Shown piece by piece: positions 24,178-33,939 of a stretch of DNA of 64,000 bases. Position 1 is the stretch's first letter; each line of letters begins with the position of its first letter. Under the pieces are notes generated by a model. The model saw only the letters and a list, made by a program, of their open reading frames with translations, was not told where the DNA came from and made no database searches. Origin of the DNA: Acidobacteriota bacterium (lineage in GTDB: Bacteria; Acidobacteriota; Thermoanaerobaculia; Thermoanaerobaculales; Sulfomarinibacteraceae); the NCBI GenBank assembly GCA_022340775.1, contig JAJDNH010000088.1, forward strand, positions 13,464 through 77,463, in the 5' to 3' direction. The position numbers and the translations under genes were made by a program.

Positions 24178-24240
24178 CCCAGATCCTTCGCCGCTCGCGG
24201 ACTCCCTCCTCAGGATGACACCTGGGTTACCGGATCATTT
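24178..24240 (-). repeat. E3 element, diverged partial copy, inverted
   Basis: CCCAGATCCTTCGCCGCTCGCGGACTCCCTCCTCAGGATGACAC aligns with the reverse complement of the 3' half of E3. Confidence 0.55.
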
Positions 24241-24272
24241 GTCAGTCTTGGGGTGGCCACCGGGAAGCTGGC

Positions 24273-24376
24273 GTAGGCGCGTCCTTCAGGGCGCGCCCCC
24301 GGGCTTCTTCAACGGGACCAGGTGTCACCGGGCTCGCCCGACGACCTTGGGGGCGGGCGCTGAAGCACCCGCCTAC
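24273..24376 (-). repeat. REP-doublet (REPIN-like) element, copy 5, inverted
   Basis: Reverse complement of the consensus: it starts GTAGGCGCGTCCTTCAGGGCGCGCC and ends GGCGGGCGCTGAAGCACCCGCCTAC. Confidence 0.85.
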
Positions 24377-24460
24377 GGGACCTTCAGAAGCCCCGCCTTC
24401 GCACGCGGCACGCCCGATGGAGCGCATCATTCTCTGCAGCGCGCTGCACCCGTGTCTCTT

Positions 24461-24602
24461 GGGTGGATGGGAGTGACCTCCTCACCTTCTCACTTTCTCA
24501 CCTGCTCACCTCCTGGATGGGCGGGGGAGCGTCTCCCGTTTCCCGTCTTCCCGGGTGGGCGGGGGTCCGTCTCGCGTCTTGCGTCTTACGTCTTGCTTCT
24601 TG
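24461..24602 (+). repeat. G-box/word cassette array (3 modules)
   Basis: CTCACC-type, CCCGTTTCCCGTCTTC and GTCTCGCGTCTTGCGTCTTACGTCTTGC cassettes. It overlaps the 3' end of the HDAC-like gene. Confidence 0.8.
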
Positions 24603-25617
24603 AACGACCGTCCGCGAAGCCGGACAACAGGCGTCGCACGCAGCCGCCGAGAATGTCAAGGTTGTAGCCGCCCTCCTGGCAGAGCAGCACCGGGCAGTCG
24701 ATGGCGGCGAGGCGGCGGCCGATCTCCGCGTACACGCCGTCGCTGAGCTTGAAGCCGCCGATCGGGTCCTCGCCGTGGGTGTCGAAGCCGGCGCCGACGA
24801 GGAGGAACGCGGGCCGGAAGCGGCGGACCGCGCGCATCGCGCGGTCCAAGGCCTTCAGGTAGGCATCGTCGCCGCTGCCGAGGGGCAGCGGCAGGTTGAG
24901 GTTGGTGCCCTCGCCCTGGCCGATCCCCCTCTCGCCGCGGTAGCCCCAGAAGTACGGGTACTCCCGGCTCGGATCGCCATGGATCGAGCAGGTGAAGATG
25001 TCCTTGCGCTCCTCGAAGAACTCCTGCGTGCCGTTGCCGTGGTGGTAGTCGATGTCGAGGATCGCCACCGGCCCGTGCGGGACCAACATTTCGGCCGCGG
25101 TGGCGGTGTTGTTGAAGTAGCAGTAGCCGCCGAACACGCGCGGACCGGCGTGGTGCCCCGACGGGCGGCACAGTGCGTACACCTCGCGCTCGCGCCCGTC
25201 GAGCAGCAGCTTGGCGCCGGTCATGGCCGCCTCCGCCGAGCCCTTTGCGACCTCGTAGGTGCGCCCCATGATCGGCGTCACCGCATCGGTGCACCAGACG
25301 CCGCCCCACAGCGGGTGGATCTTGCGCTGGATCCGCGCGCCCTCGCCCGGGAACAGGTCCGGGTAGATCTCCTCGCCGTTCGTGCGGGCCGACCGCGAGG
25401 TCTTCTTGATGAAGTCGTGGTACGGATGCAGCCGCGCCAGCAGCCCCTCGGGGAAGCGCTTCGCCTGGGTGAAGCGGAAACGACCGTCGGCGGCGAGGGC
25501 GGCACGGATCGCCTCGACCCGCCGCGGGGTGTCCTTGGTCTCGTAGGTCTCCGGCCCGAGCGTGAACTTCCAGCTCGGGTTGTGGAGGCTGAAGTTGTGC
25601 TTCTCAACGACCAGCAT
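24586..25617 (-). CDS. histone deacetylase-family Zn hydrolase (acetylpolyamine/acetoin-utilisation type)
   Basis: CRPSGHHAG and ILDIDYHHGNGTQEFF. The start overlaps the upstream fusion gene by 14 nt. Confidence 0.85.
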   Translation of the reverse strand: MLVVEKHNFSLHNPSWKFTLGPETYETKDTPRRVEAIRAALAADGRFRFTQAKRFPEGLLARLHPYHDFIKKTSRSARTNGEEIYPDLFPGEGARIQRKIHPLWGGVWCTDAVTPIMGRTYEVAKGSAEAAMTGAKLLLDGREREVYALCRPSGHHAGPRVFGGYCYFNNTATAAEMLVPHGPVAILDIDYHHGNGTQEFFEERKDIFTCSIHGDPSREYPYFWGYRGERGIGQGEGTNLNLPLPLGSGDDAYLKALDRAMRAVRRFRPAFLLVGAGFDTHGEDPIGGFKLSDGVYAEIGRRLAAIDCPVLLCQEGGYNLDILGGCVRRLLSGFADGRSRSKT

Positions 25618-27748
25618 GGTTCTCTCCGTTGTTGCGCAGCAGCTCGAGGACCGCGTCCTGGGGGATCGCCGGGGCCTCGCGCCCTTCGCGGCCGGCGACC
25701 CCGGCCGAGCAGAAGATAGCGTTGAGCACCGCCTCCTCGGTGGCCTCGATGACCGCCTCGTACAGGCTGTTGATGTGGGTGTCGGCGACGAACTTGAGGG
25801 TCCTGAACTTGCTCGGCTGCGACGACGACCGCGGCACCCGGTTGGAGGTGCTGAACGCGACCACGATCTCGCCGCTGGTGGAGGCGGCGTGGGAGCCGAC
25901 CCGGCCGAGACCGAGCGCGGCCCGTTTGGCCACCCGGCTGAGCTGGCTGGACAGCAGCGGCACGTCGGTGGCGACGACCGTGATCACCGAGCCGTAGCTC
26001 CTGGCGCGCCGCCCGGCGGTCGCCATCTGGGCGTCCAGCTCCCGCCCCACGACGCGCCCGTCGATGGTGAGGTTTCGCATGTTGCCGCAGTTGGACATGA
26101 CCAGGACGCCAACGATGAAGGCGCGGCCCTCGACCTCGATGCTGCGCGACGAGGTGCCGATGCCTCCCGCGAAGTCGAAGGTCATCATTCCCGTGCCGGC
26201 ACCGACCGAGCCCTGGGCCACCGGCCCGCCCTTCGCCGCCTCGAGGGCCCGCTGCGCATCCTGGGCGGTGCACAGTCCAACCCGGGTGTCGTTGAGGAAC
26301 GAGTCGTCGGCCTCGCCCACCACCGGCAGCACCGGGTCCTCGAGGGTCCCGATCTCGGGGTGCTTCTTGACCATGTGCGAGATCACGCCCTGCAGCGCCC
26401 GCCCGACCGACAACGAGTTGGTGAGCAGGATCGGGGTCTCGATGTAGCCCCACTCCAGCGCCTGCGTCAGACCCGCCATCTCGCCGACGCCGTTGAGCAC
26501 GAAGCCGCCGGCCACGACCCGCCGCCGGAAGACGTCGCCCTCGCCGGGAACGATCGCGGTCACGCCGGTGCGGACGCGCGCGGTCTCGCTCGATCCGGGG
26601 ACCGGAGCGGCGTCCTCGGTACGGGTGAGGTGGCCGACCCGGACTCCCTTGACGTCGGTGATGGCGTTGTTGACGCCGGTCGGGAACCGGCCGACCCGGA
26701 TTCCGAGATCGCGAGCGGTGGGCCGCGCGGCCTCCTCGCCGGGGACCTTGCGCGGCGGGCGCGCCGCCAGCTTGTAGCGGCGGGCCGCCGACCGCACCAC
26801 CAGGCGCAGTACGTCACGATACTCCAGCCCCCGCTCGCGGCCGGCGATCATGAGTGACGCCACCGGGTGAAGGCTCGGCAGTGGGTTGAGCTCGATGAAG
26901 TACGGGAGGCCGTCCTCGTCGAGCCGGATGTCGACGCGACCGAGGTCCGGGCAGTGCATGATCTCGAACACTCGCCGCGCCATCTCCACCACCGTCTCGC
27001 GCTCCGCCGGCTCGAGCTCCGCGGGGCACACCACGCCGACGCCCTTCGCTCGCTCCCCTCCCTGCTTCATGTCGTAGTCGTAGACGTTGTAGCGACCACC
27101 GATACTCTCGAGATCGAAGGTGTGCTCGACGATCTCCAGGATCTTGCCGGGAAACGCGTCCAGGATCGGCACGCTCAGCTCGCGCCCGGCAATGAACTCC
27201 TCGACCACCAGCCCGGCCGGATAGCGTCCCAGCAGCTGCTCGACACGGGTCTCGCAATGCTCCCGGGTCTCTACGACAGAGTCCTGGGTGATGCCCTTGG
27301 ACGAGCCTTCCGCATTGGGTTTGATGATCACAGGGTAGCGCAGGTCGGCCGGCGGCTCCCGGTTCTCGGGGGTCACCAGCCCGCCCTTGGGCACCCGCAC
27401 GCCGCGCGCGGCGACGACCGTTTTTGCGAGGTGCTTGTCGAGGTTCATGTGCAGGAGCGACGGGTTGCCGCCGGTGAACGGGATTCTGAGCTGCTCATAC
27501 AGTCCCGGGTAGAACGCCTCGCGAGAGCTGCCGATGGTGCCTTCCGCGCAGTTGAAGATCAGCTCGGGTGCGCTGTCCAGGAGACGGGTCACCACCTCGC
27601 CGGGCTGGCCGGAGACCTCGACCGGGCTGACGTGGTGCCGCAGCTCGCGCAGCGCGCCACAGATCCGGTCGACGTCCTCCTGCGTCAGCAGCTCCGCGCT
27701 CTCCTCGGACGCATCGGTCCGCAGGTTGAACGCCACCGTGATTCGCAT
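25604..27748 (-). CDS. fusion protein: D-Ala-D-Ala-ligase-like ATP-grasp domain (N) + S58/DmpA (P1 family) Ntn-peptidase domain (C)
   Basis: N-half: PVIIKPNAEGSSKGI, ELSVPIL and FIELNPLPSL. C-half: NAITDVKGVRVGH, GVTAIVP and GSVGAGTGMMTFDFAGGIGTSS. Confidence 0.75.
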   Translation of the reverse strand: MRITVAFNLRTDASEESAELLTQEDVDRICGALRELRHHVSPVEVSGQPGEVVTRLLDSAPELIFNCAEGTIGSSREAFYPGLYEQLRIPFTGGNPSLLHMNLDKHLAKTVVAARGVRVPKGGLVTPENREPPADLRYPVIIKPNAEGSSKGITQDSVVETREHCETRVEQLLGRYPAGLVVEEFIAGRELSVPILDAFPGKILEIVEHTFDLESIGGRYNVYDYDMKQGGERAKGVGVVCPAELEPAERETVVEMARRVFEIMHCPDLGRVDIRLDEDGLPYFIELNPLPSLHPVASLMIAGRERGLEYRDVLRLVVRSAARRYKLAARPPRKVPGEEAARPTARDLGIRVGRFPTGVNNAITDVKGVRVGHLTRTEDAAPVPGSSETARVRTGVTAIVPGEGDVFRRRVVAGGFVLNGVGEMAGLTQALEWGYIETPILLTNSLSVGRALQGVISHMVKKHPEIGTLEDPVLPVVGEADDSFLNDTRVGLCTAQDAQRALEAAKGGPVAQGSVGAGTGMMTFDFAGGIGTSSRSIEVEGRAFIVGVLVMSNCGNMRNLTIDGRVVGRELDAQMATAGRRARSYGSVITVVATDVPLLSSQLSRVAKRAALGLGRVGSHAASTSGEIVVAFSTSNRVPRSSSQPSKFRTLKFVADTHINSLYEAVIEATEEAVLNAIFCSAGVAGREGREAPAIPQDAVLELLRNNGENHAGR

Positions 27749-28136
27749 CGGATCTCCCTTCCCGGCTGCGACGGAGCCCCTGTCACATGGCCGGGCTACC
27801 CATCAAGGGTAACAAGAGCAGGACGCAGGATCACCCGACGAGCACAAGGAGAGGCTCTACTCATGACCCCGGTTGTAGACCATGTGCCCGATTTCCGATC
27901 CAAGACATGTACCTGATCCGGACATATCTCGCGCCTCGTTGCTTGCGCCCCGGGGCGGGTGGAAGTCTCTGGCACACCGTCACTTCTCTACCAAACGGGC
28001 GGGAGAAACCGCGAATGCGCCGAGCCTGATTCGTGTTGGATGGGAATGAGATCGAGGATTGTGGAACGTCACGACCCGGGGGGGCCCGTGCAGGGCTCCC
28101 CACGAGCCGGACAGCCGGTCGGCGAAAGGTCATCTG

Positions 28137-30626
28137 ATGCCGTTGGCGAATGGAACCGTCCTGGGACCCTACGAGGTTCTGTCGCCCCTGGGAACAGGCG
28201 GCATGGGCGAGGTGTACCGGGCGCGGGACACGCGGCTGGAGCGAGAGGTCGCGGTCAAGGTCTTGCCGGAAGCCCTCGCAACGGACCCCGAGCTGCTGGC
28301 CCGCTTCGAGTCGGAGGTCAAGGCCGTCGCCGCCCTGTCCCATCCCAACATCATGGCAATCCACGACTACGGGAACCAAGACGGGGTCGTGTACGCGGTG
28401 ATGGAGCTTCTATCAGGCCAGACGGTGCGCGACCTGCTCGAGTCGGGACCCATCCCGCTGAAGCAGACAGTCGACTACGCCATCCAGGTGACCAAAGGGC
28501 TTTCGTCGGCGCACGAGAAGGGCATCGTCCACCGGGACATCAAGCCGGAAAACCTGTTCCTCACCGAGGACGGGCACGTCAAGATCCTCGACTTCGGCCT
28601 TGCCAAGAGGAACGAGATAGTGGAGGCCGAAGCCGAGACGATCGCGACGCCCGGCTGGAGCCGGACAACCGTCGGCACCCTGTTGGGGACAGTCAACTAC
28701 ATGTCGCCGGAGCAGGCCCGGGGCGAGGAGGTGGACGCACGGACGGACCTCTTCTCCCTGGGTGTGGTGCTGTACGAGATGGCGACCGGGCAGCTTCCGT
28801 TCAAGGGGAAGAGCGCGGCGGAGCTGTTCGCAGAAATCCTGAAAACCGAGCCTGCTCCGCCGAGCCACTGGAACTCGAAGATTCCGGAGAGTCTCGACGG
28901 GATCATCCTCGAGGCGCTGGAGAAAGACCCTTCTCTGCGCTACCAGTCGGCCGCGCAGATGCGCGCCGACCTCCGGCGTCTCGAGCGGGACTCGAGCGGG
29001 CCTTCGGCCCACAGCTACCGGACTCTCGGTGGACGCCGTCGAACGAGCTCTCCTGGAAGCACAATCCCGTCAGGCACGGGCCGACGACTCTGGATCGGCG
29101 CGGCCGCGCTCGCCCTGGCGGCCCTTGGCGTGGCCGGATACCTGGCGACGCGAGGGGGACAGAGAGCGACCTCGATGCCGACGAGGGAGGCCAAGACCGC
29201 GCCCGCACCCCTCGCCGCGCCCAAGAACTCGATCGCCGTTCTCCCGTTCGTCAACATGTCGTCGGACAAGGGCCAGGACTACTTTGCCGACGGCATCGCG
29301 GAGGACCTGCTGAACCTCCTGGCCAGAGTGCAACCTCTTCAGGTCGCGGCGCGCACGTCTTCGTTTGCATTCAGGGGCAAGGATGTTGGTATCCCACAGA
29401 TCGCCAGGACGCTCCACGTCGCGAACATCCTCGAGGGCTCGGTGCGCAAGGTAGGCCGGGAGGTCCGGATCACGGCCCAGCTGGTTCGCGCCTCTGACGG
29501 CTACGAGATCTGGTCGCAGAGCTACGACCGCAGGCTGACCGACGTCTTCAAGATCCAGGACGAGATCGCCGCGGATGTGGTCAAGCAGCTCAAGGTCAAG
29601 CTGCTCGGGACGGTACCGACGGTGCCAGAAACCGACCCGGGAGCCTACTCTCTGTACCTGCAGGCACGCGAGCTTGGCCGCCGCTACAAGGCGGACGCCT
29701 TCGAGCAGTCCGACGCGCTGTACCGCCGGGCGCTGGCGATCGATCCCGGCTACGCCCCGGCGTGGAATGGGCTGGCCACCAACTTCGCGAATGAAACGAA
29801 CGTCGGCATGCTGCCGAACGGCGAGGGCCTGCGTCAAGCACGGAAGTTCGCCGAGAAGGCACTGGCCATCGATCCGGACTACGCGCACGCCCTTGCCGAG
29901 CTCGGTTTCATCTCGCTGATCCAGGGCGACCCGGCCGGCGCCGCCAATTCTCTCCAGCGCGCGCTGGAGCTGGACCCGACCGACCTGGGCGTTCTCGGCA
30001 GCAGCGCCTCGCTGCTCATCTCGCTCGGGCGCATGAAGCAGGCGACCGCGATCGAGGAGTACATCCTGGTGCGCGATCCGGTCCATGTCGTGACTCTCTA
30101 CAACCTGGGTTTGGCCTACCTGTGGGACGGCAGGTACGACGATGCCATCTCCAAGCTGCGCACCGTTCTGACGCTCAGCCCGGGCTATGGGATCGTGCAC
30201 TACGAGCTCGGTGTGGCTCTGATGCTCGAGGGCCGGCCCCGAGAAGCGCTCGCCCAAGTCAAGCAGGAGCGTGTCGAAGACTGGCGGCTCATGGGACTGG
30301 CGATGGTCTACCACGACCTCGGGCAGAAGGCCGAATCTGATACGGCGCTCAGGAAGCTGATCGACATCGACCAGAAGGAGGGGCCGTACAACATCGCCTA
30401 CGTGTACGCCTACTGCGGAGACACCGAAAGAGCTTTCGAGTGGCTTAACAAGGCGGCGAAGTACTCCGATCCAGGCCTGACCGAGGTCACGGTGGAGAGG
30501 CTTTTCGACAACATCAAGTCCGACCCGCGCTGGCTGCCCTATCTGCGCAAGATCGGCAAGGCTCCCGAGCAGTTGGCCAGGATCAAGTTCAAGGTCACGG
30601 TGCCGCGGGAGAAGCGCTCGTCCTGA
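28137..30626 (+). CDS. Ser/Thr protein kinase with TolB-N-like middle domain and C-terminal TPR repeats
   Basis: Start trimmed to ATG 28137. GTGGMGEVYRA, VAVK, HRDIKPENLF and DFGLA. One TM helix, IAVLPFVNMSSD, then multiple TPRs. Confidence 0.9.
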   Translation: MPLANGTVLGPYEVLSPLGTGGMGEVYRARDTRLEREVAVKVLPEALATDPELLARFESEVKAVAALSHPNIMAIHDYGNQDGVVYAVMELLSGQTVRDLLESGPIPLKQTVDYAIQVTKGLSSAHEKGIVHRDIKPENLFLTEDGHVKILDFGLAKRNEIVEAEAETIATPGWSRTTVGTLLGTVNYMSPEQARGEEVDARTDLFSLGVVLYEMATGQLPFKGKSAAELFAEILKTEPAPPSHWNSKIPESLDGIILEALEKDPSLRYQSAAQMRADLRRLERDSSGPSAHSYRTLGGRRRTSSPGSTIPSGTGRRLWIGAAALALAALGVAGYLATRGGQRATSMPTREAKTAPAPLAAPKNSIAVLPFVNMSSDKGQDYFADGIAEDLLNLLARVQPLQVAARTSSFAFRGKDVGIPQIARTLHVANILEGSVRKVGREVRITAQLVRASDGYEIWSQSYDRRLTDVFKIQDEIAADVVKQLKVKLLGTVPTVPETDPGAYSLYLQARELGRRYKADAFEQSDALYRRALAIDPGYAPAWNGLATNFANETNVGMLPNGEGLRQARKFAEKALAIDPDYAHALAELGFISLIQGDPAGAANSLQRALELDPTDLGVLGSSASLLISLGRMKQATAIEEYILVRDPVHVVTLYNLGLAYLWDGRYDDAISKLRTVLTLSPGYGIVHYELGVALMLEGRPREALAQVKQERVEDWRLMGLAMVYHDLGQKAESDTALRKLIDIDQKEGPYNIAYVYAYCGDTERAFEWLNKAAKYSDPGLTEVTVERLFDNIKSDPRWLPYLRKIGKAPEQLARIKFKVTVPREKRSS

Positions 30627-30733
30627 TCACCTTACGAGGACAGGGCAGCGCGATGACGGCGATCCTGGAGCAGGGCCCGGTACCGATGAGCGGGGGCAGT
30701 TGTGCTGATGCCGGCGGTGGTAGGACCCCTCTC

Positions 30734-31285
30734 TCAGCCGGTGCGGCGGTGCCGCTGGCGGTAGCGGCGGACCTTCATGACGTTGCCGCACTCGGCGGCG
30801 TCGCACCAGCGGCGGGAGCGGTTGCGGCTCGAGTCCACCATCACCCAGCCGCAGTCGGGGTTCTCGCAGACCTTGACGCGGTCGCCCTCGCCGCGCGCGA
30901 GCATGGCGGCGAACGACCCCGCGACCTCGCCGAGGACGTCGTCGATGGTGCCGCGGGCCATGGTCAGCTCGACGGTCCACGCCTCGCCCTCGCGGGCCAG
31001 GCGGCGCTTCACCGGGGCCTTCGCCATGGTGCGGTTGAGCGCGGCGGTGTCGCTCTCGGCTATCGGAGTCACGGCCAGAAGGGCATCGATCATGCGCCGG
31101 AGCAGGCGGCGCAGCGTGCGCAGGCGCTCGCGCTCGGCGGCCGAGGGCAGCGCCCGTCCCCACCAGCTGGTGCGGCCGAGAAACGTCGCCAGCCAGCCGT
31201 CGTTGCCGATGCGGTCCTCACGCCGGCCGCTGCCCAGGTGGTCGCTCCAGTCTGAGTTGATCAGCTCGGCCCACAGCGGGTCCAA
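30734..31285 (-). CDS. CGNR zinc-finger (ABATE-domain) protein
   Basis: The C-terminus reads CENPDCGWVMVDSSRNRSRRWCDAAECGNVMKVRRYRQR. The start is uncertain: TTG 31285 after GAAAGGGGG is preferred, while the track ORF extends to 31396. Confidence 0.7.
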   Translation of the reverse strand: MDPLWAELINSDWSDHLGSGRREDRIGNDGWLATFLGRTSWWGRALPSAAERERLRTLRRLLRRMIDALLAVTPIAESDTAALNRTMAKAPVKRRLAREGEAWTVELTMARGTIDDVLGEVAGSFAAMLARGEGDRVKVCENPDCGWVMVDSSRNRSRRWCDAAECGNVMKVRRYRQRHRRTG

Positions 31286-31395
31286 TCGGTAACCCCCTTT
31301 CCCGCACCCTTGACTATTACACACTCTTGTCCCATATTGAAGTGGTAACGTCCATAACTGACTTTTAGTCGTTACAGACGACCGCGGAGGCTGCA

Positions 31396-32352
31396 ATGAG
31401 GGAAAGGCTGCTGGAGTGGGCTGAGAAGCGAGGCTACAGGCTGGCGTGGGGACCAGCCGAGGCGGCCGCGGCCGCGTCGGCAGAGGTGGTAAGGCGCGGT
31501 CGGAACGGCGAGCTGGACGCGGGCTTCTACGCGGCGGAGCTTGCCGGAATGGCAGCGGCTGGGAAGCAGCCGATGGCCGGAACGGTCGTGATGGTCGCCG
31601 TCCCGCGGCCCGCCCACCGGGTGCGCTTCGAGCTCGGGGAGGAGCTCTTCCCCGCCCTGCTCCCTCCGACCTACGTGGGCTACCGGGCGCTGTTCGAGGA
31701 GGTCCGCCAGGACCTGGCGAGCGAGGGCCTTCCCGGCGCCCGCGTCGAGATCCTGATGGCGCCGCTCAAGGCGACGGCGGCCCGCCTGGGCCTCGTTCGC
31801 TACGGCCTCAACAACATCACCTACGCGCCGGGCCTCGGCAGCTACATCCAGCTCTGCGGCTACCTGACCGATGCGCCGCTGCCGGCCGCCGGGGATGCCG
31901 GGCGGGTCGAGCCGGCGCTGCTCGACGAGTGTGCCGCGTGCGGCGCGTGCACCGGAGCCTGTCCGACCGGCGCAATCGGCGACGAGCGAGTGCTGATCTC
32001 GGCCGACCGCTGCCTCACTTTCGCCAACGAGACGCCCGGCGAGTGGCCACCGTTCGTGCCTCAGTGGGCCCACACCTGCCTGCTCGGCTGCCTGGAATGC
32101 CAGACGGTGTGCCCCGTCAACCCGAGGCTGAGGGTCGAGGAGACGGGAGTCATCTTCTCTGCCTCGGAGACGCGCACGCTACTCGCGGGCAGCGGTGAGA
32201 ACGACCGGACTGCGACCGGGATCGCGACCAAGATGGCGTGGCTCGGCCAGCCGTACGCCGAGCCCGTGATCGGCCGTAATCTGCGCGCGCTGGTCGATGC
32301 GGAACGTCCCGGTGAGAACGCCGGTCGCCGAGACCCGCAGGCCGTCCACTGA
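31396..32352 (+). CDS. QueG/reductive-dehalogenase-like 4Fe-4S double-cluster protein
   Basis: CAACGACTGACPTGAI and CLLGCLECQTVCPVNP. The RYGLNNITYAPGLGSYIQLCGYLTD core is similar to the epoxyqueuosine reductase family. Confidence 0.6.
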   Translation: MRERLLEWAEKRGYRLAWGPAEAAAAASAEVVRRGRNGELDAGFYAAELAGMAAAGKQPMAGTVVMVAVPRPAHRVRFELGEELFPALLPPTYVGYRALFEEVRQDLASEGLPGARVEILMAPLKATAARLGLVRYGLNNITYAPGLGSYIQLCGYLTDAPLPAAGDAGRVEPALLDECAACGACTGACPTGAIGDERVLISADRCLTFANETPGEWPPFVPQWAHTCLLGCLECQTVCPVNPRLRVEETGVIFSASETRTLLAGSGENDRTATGIATKMAWLGQPYAEPVIGRNLRALVDAERPGENAGRRDPQAVH

Positions 32353-32355
32353 CCC

Positions 32356-33846
32356 TCAGGCGGCCACAGCCTCCGAGGAATCTGCCTCGGCCGGCTTGCC
32401 GCGCAGGATGACGCCGGCGGCCATGACGGCGGTGCTCAGGATGAGGGCGCAGGCGGCCGGGACGGCCGGGTTGTTGTGGTAATGGGTAATGCCGCCGTAG
32501 TACATGCCGAAGTGGACCGCGAGCGCGGTCAGGGCCGCCGCCAGCGCCAGGCCGCCGGTGGCGCGGCGCGAGAAGATGCCGAACAGGACCGGGGCGAAGA
32601 CGGCGGCGAACAGTCCGTAGACGCCGTTCTGGGCAAAGATGGCGACGCTCAGGTTGGGATCGACGACCTCGTCCCAGGCGAGCAGGAAGGTGACCGGGGC
32701 GAGGGCGACCAGCGCCCAGCGGCCGACCCGCAGCAGGCGCTGCTTGACCCGTTCTTCATCCGCGCCCGCGAGGCGCGCGAGGCTGCCGTAGAGGTCGTTG
32801 GCGGCGATCGAGGACAGCGCCAGCACCACGCCTTCGAGGGTCGAGAACCCGGCCGCCAGCACGCCGAGCATGATCAGCGAGCGGAGCCCGGGAGCAAAGT
32901 GGGTGGCGATGTAGGTCGCAACCACGCGGTCGGGCGTTAGCCCGCCGCCGAGCTCGAGCCGGGCGTACAGGCCGACAACCAGCACGGCGGTGAAGATGGT
33001 GCCGGTGATGACGGCCGTCGCCAGGTAGGTGTTGACGTCGCGCTCGGAGCGCAGGTAGAGCGTCTTCGAGATGATGTGCGGCTGCATGATGATGGCGACG
33101 CCGATGATGAAGTTGGCGACGACCACCTCGAACAGGTCGCGGAACAGCAGGCTGTTGGGGTTGGTCACGCTCCCGTAGTGGGGAGCGACGGCGGCCAGGC
33201 GGTCGAAGAAGCCGCCGAGCCCGCCCGAGAAGAACCCCGCCCCGGCCGCGACTAGCAGCACGGCGACCACGATCATGGTGACCGCCTGGACGCTGTTCGA
33301 CCACACGTGGACGCTGGCGCCGCCGACGAAGATGACGGCAAAGGTGAACACGACGACGATGGTCAGCGCCGCCAAGAGCGGCAGGTGGAGAACGCTCATC
33401 AGCACGTGGACCAGGGCGGCCACGATCAGCACCAGGAAGGTGATCTGCAGCAGGCTGACGAGGGCGAAGAAGGCGGTTAGCCGCCGGTCGCCGTAGCGGT
33501 CGCCGATCCACTGCGGGACGGTGAGCGCGATGACCCGGTCGCCGACCTGACGGAAGCGGCGCGAGGTCACCACCAGGCCGGTGAAGATCCCGAGCGGGGC
33601 GGCGATCCCGTAGCCGACGACGCCGGCCCAGCCGTAGGCGTAGATCAGGCCGGGGTTGATGACGAAGGTGGCGACGCTGGTCATGTTGGCGGCGAGGGAG
33701 AGACCGACCAGCACCGGCGACACCTGGCGGTTGCCGACCGCGAACGAGGCCATGCTCTGCGCGCGCCGGCGGTTCCACAACGCGAGCCCGCCGATCACCG
33801 CCAGGTAGGCCAGGAACATCATCCACGGCAGGAACGTCTCGTTCAT
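32356..33846 (-). CDS. sodium:solute symporter family transporter
   Basis: Start trimmed to ATG 33846 (MNETFLPWMMFLAYLAVIGGLALW). About 13 TM segments. The 770-aa track ORF is an upstream read-through. Confidence 0.8.
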   Translation of the reverse strand: MNETFLPWMMFLAYLAVIGGLALWNRRRAQSMASFAVGNRQVSPVLVGLSLAANMTSVATFVINPGLIYAYGWAGVVGYGIAAPLGIFTGLVVTSRRFRQVGDRVIALTVPQWIGDRYGDRRLTAFFALVSLLQITFLVLIVAALVHVLMSVLHLPLLAALTIVVVFTFAVIFVGGASVHVWSNSVQAVTMIVVAVLLVAAGAGFFSGGLGGFFDRLAAVAPHYGSVTNPNSLLFRDLFEVVVANFIIGVAIIMQPHIISKTLYLRSERDVNTYLATAVITGTIFTAVLVVGLYARLELGGGLTPDRVVATYIATHFAPGLRSLIMLGVLAAGFSTLEGVVLALSSIAANDLYGSLARLAGADEERVKQRLLRVGRWALVALAPVTFLLAWDEVVDPNLSVAIFAQNGVYGLFAAVFAPVLFGIFSRRATGGLALAAALTALAVHFGMYYGGITHYHNNPAVPAACALILSTAVMAAGVILRGKPAEADSSEAVAA

Positions 33847-33939
33847 TGTCGGTACCTCTGAGGAAGAGTGTAGCCCGGCACGGCCAGTGTGGCGGAGTGC
33901 CGTGCACGAGCAGCGCCCGCCGTGGAGTACGATGTTGGC

